A stretch of DNA of 64,000 nt from assembly GCF_009914755.1 (NCBI RefSeq), contig NC_060926.1; one strand, written 5' to 3'. The translations under genes and the position numbers were made by a program. The notes beneath the pieces were generated by a model. It did no database searches and was not told the DNA's origin. It was given only the letters and a program-made list of their open reading frames with translations. Origin of the DNA: the human T2T-CHM13v2.0 reference genome, Homo sapiens. This document shows positions 1 through 21,739 of the stretch, one piece after another (position 1 is the first letter of the stretch; every line of letters begins with the position of its first letter).

Positions 1-181
1 TAATCTGTTCAACTATAAGATGAACAAATTTTCTGAAATAGAGAGGACATTTTACAAAATATTCCAACAATACTTGTTGGCTGATTGGTTTCCTCAATAG
101 CTTCTTGTCCAGAAACACATTCTGGCTATTAAGTATCAACAAAGACTTCTAATTGTTTATATGGTCACAGCTGAAGGCTGA

Positions 182-946
<765 letters not shown>

Positions 947-1562
947 TAGGGTGTTTTCTCAACATCTTTGCTCTCATTTCAAATATTACCTTGTCAGAGG
1001 GCTTTCCTAATACTACCAGTAAACTTAAGAAAATACTTCTTCAATGCACCAATGTATATTACATTACGGTAATTATCACCTCAAACTCGTACTGTTTACT
1101 CTTGTCTTCTCTAAAATTCAAACTCCTTGAGCTTTACGTCTTTTTTCTAAAATCCTTGTCCCTGTCCTTTACTATAGCACCCATAAACATTAAAAGAAAA
1201 AAATTAGGTCACTAACATTTTTGAAATGCAGAATGATAACATTTTTCAAAATTGGATCCTTCCTCTTTTCTTGGTAGATACATCATTCTGGCACCACAAT
1301 AGATGCAAGTCTTAAGGGCTCTCAAGTAAAAGCATAATTCTGCTATGACTACATGGACATAAAATATATATAAAGATGGGTCTTTAAGTTTCTTGACAAG
1401 CTGATATCATATCAAAAACCAAGGTCTGACACCCTTTCCATCTCCTCATTTCTAAAAAACCTTGAATGATGTTAACATAGGTTAGAATGATGGTCTCCTT
1501 GAGCCTTTGCTTTGTTTTCTACAGTTGATAAAACCTATTCTCTCTTCATATGAAAAAAATTA

Positions 1563-2217
<655 letters not shown>

Positions 2218-2789
2218 GGTCCTTGGTTCTGCTCCATTCCTACTGTGAATTCTAGTAATCAGCAATAACCACCAAGCAATAACCAGCAATAAAAACCATA
2301 TTTATGCTATTGCTATGTAATCTAAATTTACGCAACATTCACCAACACAGGGTATTTTTTAAAGCAAATATAGTACATAAAGGCTGTAAATACGAGTTGT
2401 GTTTCTAACTCAAAATCTGATGACCAAATTAGAAGACCATATTCAACTTAATATTTAATCAATTGTGAAGTAAACACCTGTACATTACACAGCATGAAAT
2501 TTTAATAACATATATTATGTAAGATTATAGCTCCCAAGCAGTCAGCTCTAAAAGCCAACACTGGGACATATAATTTCTGTTATATGTATGTAAAAAAATT
2601 ACTAGTAATCATATTATTTGTTTATAAATAACCTCATTCCACAAAGAAGTGAGACAGTTTAAAATGACACTGTAATAATTCATCCAAAAAATGGCTGAAA
2701 TGAAAAACATAGTATAATAGATTTTGAAGTCAGAGCAGAGTTGACTCACAGTTCTTTGGACTACTAGCAATATGACCTAAATTTAAACT

Positions 2790-3063
<274 letters not shown>

Positions 3064-3652
3064 ACCCAATCTCCTGACCTGAAAGAAGATATTATGAGAA
3101 AATCTATGTAAGGGATAATATCTGACACAAAGTAGGTATTCTATAAATCATAGCTATTATTATAGTCATTGATCAAAGAGCAATATAATAATAAACAAGA
3201 TTCCTAAAACACTTTTCATAAATTCTGCCTCCTTTTTTACCTTTTTTTTCTTTTAAATAAATTCTGCCTCCTCCCTTCCCTTCTCTTCTCCCTTCCCTTC
3301 TCCTGAAACATACACGAGTACAACATAAATCACAAGGATGTTTTGGGAGCGGTTTTTAAGGGCACCTCTGAAAAAACCTCAAAAATTTAAGGTCATTATA
3401 AGCCTCAGAATAAGGAAAAGAGTAATTAAATATTTTAAATGATATGACTATGATAATGTAACTAAATTCTGAAATAAAATAAGTGGTTTTTTTCAATGTA
3501 ATCTCCTTAGGAGGTTATACAGTTATTGAAAATTTTCTAACATGGACTTTGAAAACCAATGGTCCATCCTTAAGTCTTTCAGAAACTACAGCCTGATAAA
3601 AATATATAAAGAGGTTGTTAAAATGAAAATATGAAAAAATATTTTAACTTAC

Positions 3653-3711
3653 CTGAACTGCACAACCCAATAAAAGTAAAAGCAGTTTTTTAACTTCTTC
3701 TGTGCCTTGTT
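3653..3711 (-). CDS. CCDC88A: CCDC88A exon 5 (59 nt), (E)QGTEEVKKLLLLLLGCAVQ
   Basis: Acceptor ttctattttag|AAC and donor CAG|gtaagt; cumulative CDS 402 nt = 134 codons; the LLLLLGCAV motif is typical of Hook-domain proteins. Confidence 0.97.
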
Positions 3712-5282
3712 CTAAAATAGAAACAATTATTAAGGACAACATTCTGCTATATTTTCAACTCTATTATATTTGGAGAATCACTTCTAGAGGTAATTATGCA
3801 CAGTAACTTGAGTGAAGGATTCAGTCTAAGCATATGTAGTGGAGCATTCAAAATAGCAGCTCTGTGTATGTACACGGTGGTAACAGCAGAAGAAATGGGG
3901 AAGAATATCAATTTTGAAGGGCTAATGGATAAAGAGGTTTCAAGGCTCTGTGCAACAAGTATGCTAACTATGAATCTACTCCTTTTCCATAAATGATTGT
4001 ACTACCCCAGCCTGACAAATCAAGAACCTGCCAAATCAGGTTGATACAGGGACATGCCACAAAGGTAGCCAAAATGGCTCCTAATAGGTTTGGCTCCTCT
4101 TAGGCCTATTAGTGTTTTCTTACTTAAAACACAGATCTTATGATTCATCTCCTTATAAAATTTAAATGGTTTTCCACTGTGCAAGTTCATGAAGACCAGA
4201 ATCTTAAATGTCTGTTACAGTGAGGCTGTTAAAATAAATGTATATAACAAGTCAGGTAAAAGTTAACAATCTATAACAGAAATGGAGAGAATATTCCCTG
4301 TCCAACAGCATTCAACTAAGATTTTCTTAAAATATTCAACTGGAAAAAAATCACTTCTTTGGGCCAGATTTTCACCACTGGGCCAATCTGTCTATGAAAA
4401 AGTCCAAATCTTCTTATCAGACATTTCCTTCTACTCTCCATGAAACAACCTACTTTCTAGCTATGCTGAGCCATTAATCACCATTCTTCCCAAATATGCA
4501 TATATACAACTCCTCTGCCTTAATACTACTCCCTCTGTCTGTCCTCCTTCCCCAACCTCCTCATCCCCCTAGTGAACTACTTGCTAATCACAATCCTAGG
4601 CACAGCTCTTATCATCTCTGTGTAGTCTTCCCTGATCCAATCATCAATGGTCCCCCACTCTCACTTATACGTCAACTTTAAGAATAATTAATGGCTCCAA
4701 ATTTTATATGCCAGAACATTTGGTACATATTTTTACTTCATACTAATTATTACATGATTTCCCCATAATCTGTGTATCCTTCACCAAACCATAAGAGCTT
4801 CTAGAACATAGACCATTTATTTCCACTCCTGGTCCCAGTAACTTGGTAGGTACTTACCAAATGTATGTACGATGGGAAACAATTCCATCCTACACGCAAT
4901 TTTTTTCATTTTTAAATTTATATAATCAAACATCCCATGGTATCTCTAAAAACTAAGCTGCTAATTCACACATCTAATTAATAGTTTCCTCTATAAAAAT
5001 AGCTACTTGATTTTAGTTTTTATTTTGGTTTTGTTTGTTTTGACTGAGAGGGGGTATGGGCTGAAGAAAATACACTAATTTGGATAACATGTAGACTGTA
5101 AGGATAAGCCCATTGTTGAAACTGTTAGGTAGCTGCTAATTTCCTCAACTGTTCAAAAATTACAATTCTAAAATATCACATTTAAAATGTGGTATAAAGG
5201 GCAGAACATTTTGAAGAAAAAATTAAATGATCTAAGAAACTGCCTCTCATCTTTCCATTCAGAAGAAGTTTAATATAAATTA

Positions 5283-5612
<330 letters not shown>

Positions 5613-6014
5613 TTAAGATTCAAACAATTTTGGCAATGGTAGATAGTAGATATATGAATAGAAACCTGGAAATTATTTCAAAATCATTTCTTTTCTAAGG
5701 TAATATTCTTTTAAGTTTGTAACTACATCATCTTCTATACTTCTCTATAATGAGACACTAAAAATCATCACAAAAGTATCTGTTTGGTATAGTAGAAAAA
5801 ATACTGAATTTAATGTAAAATTTATGTCTGGTCTTACCTATAACTTACAAATATTCTAAGCTTGTCTCTTTCTATAAAATGGAACATCACCTCCAACGTC
5901 TACAGTTGTGAAAAATCTAGTGAGTTAATGTATATAAGCTCTTAGTAAAAAATAAACATCATAGTATTACACAAAGGTTAGACATTACTTTCACAGCTTA
6001 ATTTTAATACTTAC

Positions 6015-6084
6015 CAGAAAAGGGATTTTTGCCAATGATTAAGACATTTGGCAACGACATCATGATCAATTGCTGCAAAGTCTC
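6015..6084 (-). CDS. CCDC88A: CCDC88A exon 4 (70 nt), ETLQQLIMMSLPNVLIIGKNPFS(E)
   Basis: Acceptor tttttttacag|GAG and donor CTG|gtaagt; frame continuous with exon 3. Confidence 0.97.
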
Positions 6085-6666
6085 CTGTAAAAAAATATCC
6101 AACACTTGTTATATGGGTAATGCTAACTAGATAATTATTCATCAAGCTATAACTTATGATTTGTACATTCTTCTGTAGGTGTGCTATATTGCAATTAAAC
6201 AAATATGGAAAAAGTTATATAAGGTCTTAAATCTTTTGTAACTTCAATGAATTAAATAACTAAAATTATAATACCAGATAGACTTCAGTTAATAATATAT
6301 GAGGCTGGGTGCGATGGCTCATGCCTGTAATCCTAGCACTTTGGAAAGCCAGGGTGGGAGGATCACTCAAGATGAGCCTGGGCAACATAGTGAGACCTTC
6401 ATCTCTACACACAAACAAATAATAATAAAAAAGCTTTAAAAATATCAGATGTCCCCAAATTAAAGCATTCAAGTCAAAATGGTCTAATTATTATTTGGAA
6501 ATCTGAAGTTTTAGGTGCTAGAAAATTAAGAAACATTCCTCAGTAAAAGATCGAGCAAAATTAAGAAACATTCCTCAATAAAAGTTCGAGCATGTGTGCT
6601 CTTTTTCTTCTTGTTAGTTCTCACTGAGGAAACTAAAAATACATCAAATTTATAAGTACTGTCACT

Positions 6667-6670
<4 letters not shown>

Positions 6671-6722
<52 letters not shown>
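6671..6722. repeat. (TA)n microsatellite plus (TATG)n
   Basis: Directly visible. Confidence 0.95.
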
Positions 6723-6723
<1 letters not shown>

Positions 6724-6735
6724 AAATATGTTGGG

Positions 6736-7026
6736 TTTTTTTTTGAGATGGAGTCTCGCTCTGTCAGCCTGGCTGTAGTGCAGTGGTGTGATCTTGACTC
6801 ACTGCAACCTCCGCCTCCTGGGTTCAAGCAATCCTCCCGCCTCAGCCTCCCAGGTAACTGGGACTAGAGGCGCCTACCACGATGCCTGGCTAATTTTTGT
6901 ATTTTTAGTAGAGATGGGGTGTCACCATGTTGGCCAGGCTGGTCATGAACTCCTGACCTCAAGTGATCCACCCGCCTTGGCCTCCCAAAGTGTTGAGATT
7001 ACAGGCATAAGCCACCACACCAGGCC
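6736..7026 (-). mobile_element. AluS
   Basis: Antisense Alu consensus. Confidence 0.92.
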
Positions 7027-7239
7027 ATATTTTTAATATAATAAATAAGAGAGCTATATTTTTAAAATGTCAACTGATATTAAAATTAAGAAACCTAACT
7101 GCTTTATTAAAAATGCTGTCTAATGATCATTTCATGAAAGTCAGTTCCTCCTCAGTGAAACATTATTTCTCTCCTCTACAACAGATGTTTAACTTCTATA
7201 AAACTTTAGTTACAAGAATACATGTAGATTCTGAACGTA

Positions 7240-7567
7240 CAAGGTGATTCAGAAAGAACTGAATTCTTTCTAATTCTTCAATTTAGTTAATACATCAAGT
7301 ATGCACCTTCTGTTTATACCACCTCTTCTTTGAAGAAATGAAGAAATACATTGTATCTGCCATTACAACCACTGACACTGATGATATGCAAAGGGTCTGG
7401 GATGAATTAGACTACAGGATGGATGGGTGCCATGTGATAATTACTGAATCTTTGCAATATTAAGGAATAACTATGACAGATTCTTCATAAATTGACTACA
7501 TGTTCAGATATAACTAGTTGCTGAGGAATACGTTTTTGAAGGTATTCAACTCTTTCTGAATCCTTTA
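7240..7567 (+). mobile_element. Ancient Tc1/mariner-superfamily non-autonomous element with a transposase C-terminal remnant
   Basis: Imperfect ~25-bp TIRs (caaggtgattcagaaagaactgaat / attcaactctttctgaatccttta); 5' flanking TA; frame 7332-7463 reads ...DMQRVWDELDYRMDGCHV. Confidence 0.75.
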
Positions 7568-8039
7568 TTTAACTTAATACTATGATGAGAAAGCAAATAA
7601 CCATGAAAAATAACTATAAAAAGTTAACTTGTGCCACTTTTTAAAAATTTCTAATTTTAGATCCACTAGAGCACTTACCCATGGTCAGTGGGTGGCATGA
7701 CACCAGATGTTAATTAGAATTCATCTCTTATCTATAATTCTTTATAGATATATACAAGAAAGTTTCAAAAAAGTTTTCCTCAGTATTATATTAGCTCTTT
7801 AAAAAACTATTGCCAAAATATGCCTGCATTTAAAGAAAAGTACATACTCAATATATGCATCATGTTAGAATAAGCATCGAAAATTGCTAAAATCACTTAT
7901 TCCAGAAATGATATAGAGTTTGGATATTTAATGAATTAGTTTTCCAATTAAAAGCAAGTTATCTCAAGAGAGAATATGCTATAACTATGTGTGTAACAGC
8001 TAAATGGGCTTAAAAGAATAAATTTCTGCTTCATTCAAT

Positions 8040-9104
<1,065 letters not shown>

Positions 9105-9882
9105 GGGAAGCTTTAAATTTTAACAGACACTGAATTTTTTTTAAAGCTTTATCTTAAAGATGTTAGAGATAAAACTCATTTACGTCACTTATTTTTGACT
9201 AACGAGTCAAAATTGATGGATCAACCGGAAACAACAACTTACATTCCCAAGGCAACTAGTTTTACTGACTTACTATGTAACATTCTATGTTGGTACACTG
9301 TTATAAGCAAAATTGTCCCAATGGATAGTAATCTTCAATGTGGTCCACTACCTCTTTCCTCCACCTTCTTCCTCAGCTGATTCTCCACTTCCTGCCTACT
9401 CTGTTTCCCCATGCTCTACTGTTAATTTAGTCCTCCCACAAAGATGAAAGCAATCTCACACACTCTTTACACCATATGGTATCACCAAAGACTTTTTGTT
9501 AATACAATTTCATCTTTACGCTATGAAGTCTATGTTTGGATGATGCAAATTGCTAAATTCAAACTTACCTCCATATCATCTAAAAATGTACTCTAGTATA
9601 GTAGAATCTAAATGACCAGTACATTGTATTTGGGTAGAATGAAGTCAAAACACCCAGGCTTAAATTTTAGCTCCATGATGTACAATACATATGCCTTTTT
9701 TGGGAGAGGGTAGGAAGTGAAACAAAAGTAAAAAGTTTCAAAAATGATGATAATTTAAAAACCTTAGAGTTAATGAGGAAAAACTCTATTTTCAAGTATT
9801 AAGTTATGTCTAAAAGTACTAACATTAGGTTGAAAAAAGGCAGCTAAAATTATACAAATTTTTAAAAAGCAAATTATTCTAA

Positions 9883-10251
<369 letters not shown>

Positions 10252-10656
10252 TAGCTATATTTTTGTAAAAAGTCTTTTTATTTCCCCATTCCAATTTTAT
10301 GAGTAATATTAAAAAATATACAAGACATAAAAGAGAGTAGATGCTTAAAAACTGACTGCTATTGTTAAGATTTATTATATCATCATAGACTCCCCAGACT
10401 CAACTTAGCTCTAAAGAAATTCATCATTAAAGTATTAAAGAAATGGAAAAAGAATATATAAATGAGCCCAAGATGAGTTTACTAAGACGAGGAACAAATT
10501 AACAAACAGGTCAAAGTTGATAATGCATGTATATAAACTAATGAAGATACTTCAATTTGTTAACTCAAATTATAAGAAACCTATAAAAATAAACGGAGAA
10601 ATAAAGTATTTCAGCAATTCAATTGAAAGAGAAAAAGGTTTTGAGAAAATCAGGGC

Positions 10657-10842
10657 AGTCATTTATTCAACAAATATTTATTGAATATCAATTATCTGCC
10701 AGACATTCTAGACACTGAAAATACAGCAGTGAATAAACAGAAATCCTTGTTCTCATGGAATTTACATTTTAGTAAGAGAAGAAAGACAATAAAACAAGTA
10801 AGTGTTTTTGGTGATAAATGCTAAGGATAAAAATAAAGCAGA
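10657..10842 (-). mobile_element. L2 3' end
   Basis: catttattcaacaaatatttattgaatatc...tgccagacattctagacactg. Confidence 0.7.
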
Positions 10843-10843
10843 G

Positions 10844-11457
<614 letters not shown>

Positions 11458-11773
11458 TTAAGCAGAGAATGAGAAAGAGTATTGGTGGAGGTGGAGATGA
11501 GGAGAACGTTAAAATTTTTAAAGATATGCAAGTATTCAAATATAGAGATTTTGAATGTTTTCAGGGCCATTAAAGCAAAGTTTCACTAAATAAGTGGAAA
11601 TTCTATTCTGGCGTGAAGACATTTCAGAAAGATTTGGAGAACTACAATCATTAAGAAAAGACAGAAAAAAGAAAGAACTGGCAGAGATTATGGTAATAGG
11701 AAAATAATAAGCAGATGTTCCTTGAAAGATATTACAATTTCATTTCCACCACATGTTAGCTGGCTTTGTATAA

Positions 11774-12772
<999 letters not shown>

Positions 12773-14656
12773 GTGCACATGACTATACAGACTATACATT
12801 ACAAATTTTTGTGAGTTAAAGCTTATGCTGCTAATGCATTGTAAGAAAGACTACTTCACAAATATGCCAGATATAAACATTATTTAGTTACTATTCAAAG
12901 ATAATTTAAATTAGCCTTTCCTTCTTCCAAGAAATTATCCATAATTCTTTCTTCACAGTAAGAAGTTAACACTTCTGGCAAAGGTCAGGCCTCACTTCGC
13001 TTTCCTGAATCACCACACAGAGTAAAACACTGTTACTAAAACTGCATAATTCTACAGAATTAAAAATATGTTCAAAGAATTCTAAAATACACAGAAATGA
13101 CAGTCCCTCTTTTGAGACTCGTATAATCTACTTCTAAAATTCAGTACATGACAACATTTATCATACTATTACATATCTGTCAGTTTATCCATGTTACTAA
13201 TGAAGAGAATTAAGCCTATTTTATCATATTTTAGTAGACTATAGGAAAAATTAAATCAATGGCATTAAAAGGAAAGAATACCTGACCAGTGTCAAAAATA
13301 TGATGGAATATAAAACATTTGTTTTATAACACACATAGAATCTCATTTTCTTGGCTACTGAATTTTATTAACACTCCAAATGTTGCTTATTATAACAGAC
13401 ATTAAAGAAAAACCTACAAAGTATCTATTTTTTTAGAAGTTAAAGAAAAACCTAAAAAGTGTCTATTTTCTGTAGCAACTGGATTAATGGTACTGGAATC
13501 TGTTCTTTGTTTTTGATACTAGTGACATCATACCATACAAACATTTCCTAATAAATTTCCTAATTGTAACATGTTCTTTCCTTTGCAGCCTCAAATGGTT
13601 CAGAGCATTATTTTAGTGGTGTTTGAACAACAATGTTCTTCATTTAATACTTATTCAAACTGCGGCCAATATAGTCACACCAAACACTGGCTATGACAGG
13701 GTTCTATAGACAACTAAAATTTGTTTACTTGTAAATGCTGTCTCTGATACTCAAATTCACCATCTCTCCCTTATTCACAGGGCTAAAAATAACTTTAAAG
13801 AAAAATAAATTTTTTAAGAGCCTAGGTAATTTTACATAACAGCTATAATTTACTTTATTTTCTGACTTGAAAACTTTTGAATACTCATTTGCAAGACAAA
13901 AAGGTGTTTGCTACGGATCAAGTGATTATTTGAAAAGGTCTGAATTGCCATTTAACCATAATGAAGTATATCTTTGATAAACTTTCTGATAATCTAATGT
14001 TACCACTTATTTCTCTCATGACCTCTCATATTACTACTTCATTAGTCTTATATTATTAATCACAACAGAAATTGTTTTGCTTAGTTTTTTACTCATCTAT
14101 TATTCCTCTACTAGTACCATAGTTCCATGAAAATAGGGACATGGTATGTCCTATGCACCACTGTAGCACCAGTACCAGGTAGAATATCTGGCATTCAAGA
14201 AACGGGAGAGGGAAAATGTGAATGACATTAGAATTTGTATTGAGCTTTTACAGGTTCTAAATCATAAAAATGAAAAAAAAAAAAAACAAAAGAGTACTGA
14301 CATTTAAATTTACCTATCATTACTGAAAAGATAAATTGAAATAATCCTCCCTCCAACAATCATCTTAGGGTATTCTGTCAATATTCTTTTCTCCCTGGGA
14401 ATCATCTTTACAAGATGACCTTGATGCTTACCAACCTATCAAAAAAATTTTTTGGGAAACATACACTTTTGAATTTTAACTTATCCAAATTCACTTTCCC
14501 CTTTGTGAGTCAGAATAATCAAAATGTACTAAAATGGCCCGGCACGGTGGCTCATGCCTGTAGTCCCAGCATTTTGGGAGGCCAAGGAGGGAGGATCACC
14601 TGAGGTCAGGAGTTTGAAACCAGCCTGGCCAACATGGTGAAACCCCGTCTCTATTA

Positions 14657-14856
<200 letters not shown>

Positions 14857-15135
14857 CTAAATACTAAAATACTTCGCCTCAAATACATCTTCTCAGGGGC
14901 ATATGACATACAAAAAATTTAAGTTTTCTACAGTCGTTCCCCAAAATCTGATTTTTCTAAGAGAAGGTAATTTAAGGGCTGATGAGAATTCCATTGATTT
15001 GGAAAATATTAACTTGCAATGTGTCATATATTAAACCACACCCTCTCTAATATAATAAGAACAAAAAAATTATTTCAGTAAGTCTATTAACTGTATATAT
15101 AAAATGTCTGACCTATTTCTGAAGACAATTTAAAG

Positions 15136-15161
15136 TATTGGTTGGTGCGAAAGTAATTGCG
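15136..15161 (+). mobile_element. Solo Hsmar1/MADE1 terminal inverted repeat fragment
   Basis: tattggttggtgcgaaagtaattgcg versus the Hsmar1 TIR TTAGGTTGGTGCAAAAGTAATTGCGG. Confidence 0.75.
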
Positions 15162-15715
15162 CTCAAGACTACAGTGACCTATGAGCTACGACCATGCCAC
15201 TGCACTCCAGCATGGGCGACAATACCAGACTCTGTCTCAAAAAATTAAAAAATATAGCATAGTGACACACATGTGTAGTCCCAGCTACTTAGGAGGCTGA
15301 GGCGGAAGGATTGCTTGAGCCCAGAAGGTCTTAGCTACAGTGAGCTGTGACTTAGGCAACAAAGACAGACCTTGTTTCAATCAATCAATAAAAAATGTAA
15401 ACACATAAAAACATAATTTATAAACACATAAGGAAAAAAAAAATCCAGGTGGGGCAGAGGTTGCAGTAAGCCGAGATTGCACCACTGCACTCCAGCCTGG
15501 GTGACAGAGCAAAACTCCATCTCAAAAAAAAAAAAAATCCAGAAGTGTATATATATTCAGGTGATAACAGTGCTAATTTCCTGGCACTAGAACTATGTCT
15601 ATATTATCTATTTTTTTTCTAATTTTCTACATTACAACAATATTGCTTCTATATGAACTTGCTTAAATATACATATTTAATTATATATTTAATTATATAT
15701 TGAATATTATATATA

Positions 15716-15867
15716 AATTATATATATATACATATATACGTATATATGTGTATATATACACATATATACGTATATATGTGTATATATACACATATATACG
15801 TATATATGTGTATATATACGTATATATATGTATATATGTGTATATATACATATATATATATATATAT
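15716..15867. repeat. AT-rich 30-bp-unit minisatellite (tatatatacacatatatacgtatatatgtg) in an Alu tail
   Basis: Directly visible; about 3 exact units plus degenerate ones. Confidence 0.95.
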
Positions 15868-16304
15868 TTTTTAAAGACAGAGTCTCGCTCTGTCGCCCAG
15901 GCTGGAGTGTAGTGGTGTGATCTCCGCTTACTGTAACTTCTACCTCTCTGGTTCAAGCAATTCGTGCGCCTCAGCCTCCCAAGTTGCTGGGATTACAGGC
16001 ACGCACCACCACACCTGGCTAATTTTTGTATTTTTAGTACAGGCAGGGTTTCACCACGTTGGCCAGGCTGGTTTGGAACTCCAGACCTCCAGTGATCCAC
16101 CCATCTTGGCCTTCCAAAGTGCTGGGATTACAGGCATGAGCTACCGCGCCTGGCTAAACTTGCTTAAAATAAAGGTGATTCAGGGTTGGTTGCACAACAA
16201 GCAACAAATCTGCTCTGAAGCAATGCATCCTTGACTTGAATACAAAGAATTGGCACAGATAAAGTCCCCCCAAAAAATGAGTTCACAATTAAAACACACA
16301 CATA

Positions 16305-16352
16305 TCACTGCCACCCCCACCACTGCCACTACTACTATCACCACCACTACCA
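16305..16352. repeat. Imperfect (CAC/TAC)n trinucleotide repeat
   Basis: cactgccacccccaccactgccactactactatcaccaccactacc. Confidence 0.8.
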
Positions 16353-16379
16353 AAAGAAACAGCAAGCAGAAAACAAAGG

Positions 16380-19640
<3,261 letters not shown>

Positions 19641-19976
19641 TTTTTTTTAAAAAAAATGGAAGTACACTTTTCAAAGGCATAATTCAAGAAGTCTAACAAC
19701 AAAATGTTACACTATGCAAGTTCTCAGGAAACTGGGACCTGATTTTTAAAACATAAAATACAATAGTCATTTGTAACATTAGAAAATTATTAAATGCTTG
19801 CTTAAGCCTTTAACATTCATAAAAAATAAACTATCTTATTTACTACTCTAACTCTAGCAAATAGATCAGAACCTAGCATATAATAAGCGTTTAAATATTT
19901 GTGAGATGACTGATACTAAATAATACAAAAATGTAAGTAGTTATTAAAACCCCAGATTTTTAAAAAGAGCACTTAC

Positions 19977-20085
19977 CTGGTAATAAAATTTTATCTGTCT
20001 CACCAAAATGGATAGATTGTGCATTCTAAGTGAGGCATCATTATTGACTTTTTTATTTACTCTCTGACTCTCCAATTTAGGATTA
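19977..20085 (-). CDS. CCDC88A: CCDC88A exon 3 (109 nt), (I)[36 protein letters not shown]
   Basis: Acceptor tttcttacag|T and donor CAG|gtaagt; phase matches exon 2; visible inside ORF 19944..20135. Confidence 0.97.
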
Positions 20086-20836
20086 CTGTAAGAAATACAA
20101 AAATACTTTAAAATTACATAAAATACTACTATCAATCTATATATAATTAAAATTAATCATATAATACTTTTTTATTTAAATAAATTGTGTGCTCATCTGC
20201 ATTAACAGAGATGGTCCAAAAGGGCAGATTATTACTTTGACATGTATTCCGTGCTTCTAATTAATACAAATGCAACTGATTTCCCAAAGCAAGAACAAAA
20301 TTAATTTCAAACCTAAGTCAGATGTTGCCTTTCATTGTCATGTTGCCACTCCACATTCCTGGGATGAATAACTTACTATTTCCTTTGAATATATAGTTCT
20401 ATCACACAAAATAAATCCATTTAAAATATGGGCTAATAATAACCAATAAATGTTATTTCTCCTCACTGGGTAATAGGGATTATATTTGAACAGGCAATGT
20501 CCCAGAGAAATTCAAGGTTAAAGTGGATGACACAGGTTAGTACTTTTATTTTGGGTAAAATTGTAGATTCAATGAAAGCAAAGGGCTCAATAATCCTGAG
20601 GCAGCAGAAACTGCAGAAGAAAAATAGTCAAGTCAACCATGGTTTAGAATGGGAAATTGCGGCACCTCCACACAAGGATGCAGGAAAGTCAAGAAATCGA
20701 CACCCATCCAACAGGAAATAGAAACTGAATAGAAACGCCTCATTCTTTAATCTGTTCCCTTTCTACACAGTCCATTGCATTCCTAATGCCTTCAGTTCCT
20801 TCCCTAAACAGATTAGAATCTATGGTGCTTTATTTC

Positions 20837-21569
<733 letters not shown>

Positions 21570-21739
21570 CTTCAACTATTTGCTTTCCACCACTCCCAAT
21601 AACTTGATTCTTTTGTCCCCTGACCACATTCTTAATCCCCAACCTTGGATCAATTCAACCACTTACGCTGAGATTACTCAAGGGACTAGTTGAGAAAATA
21701 ATGCAACCAAACTGAGCTATTAATAAAATATGAAGGGGA

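Noticed and set aside
7679-7731. Cryptic exon with donor TGG|gtaagt in intron 3
   Set aside because: No convincing polypyrimidine acceptor; isolated consensus donors are common in long introns.
15693-15956. YI/YV-repeat ORFs on both strands
   Set aside because: These are translations of the TA-rich minisatellite.
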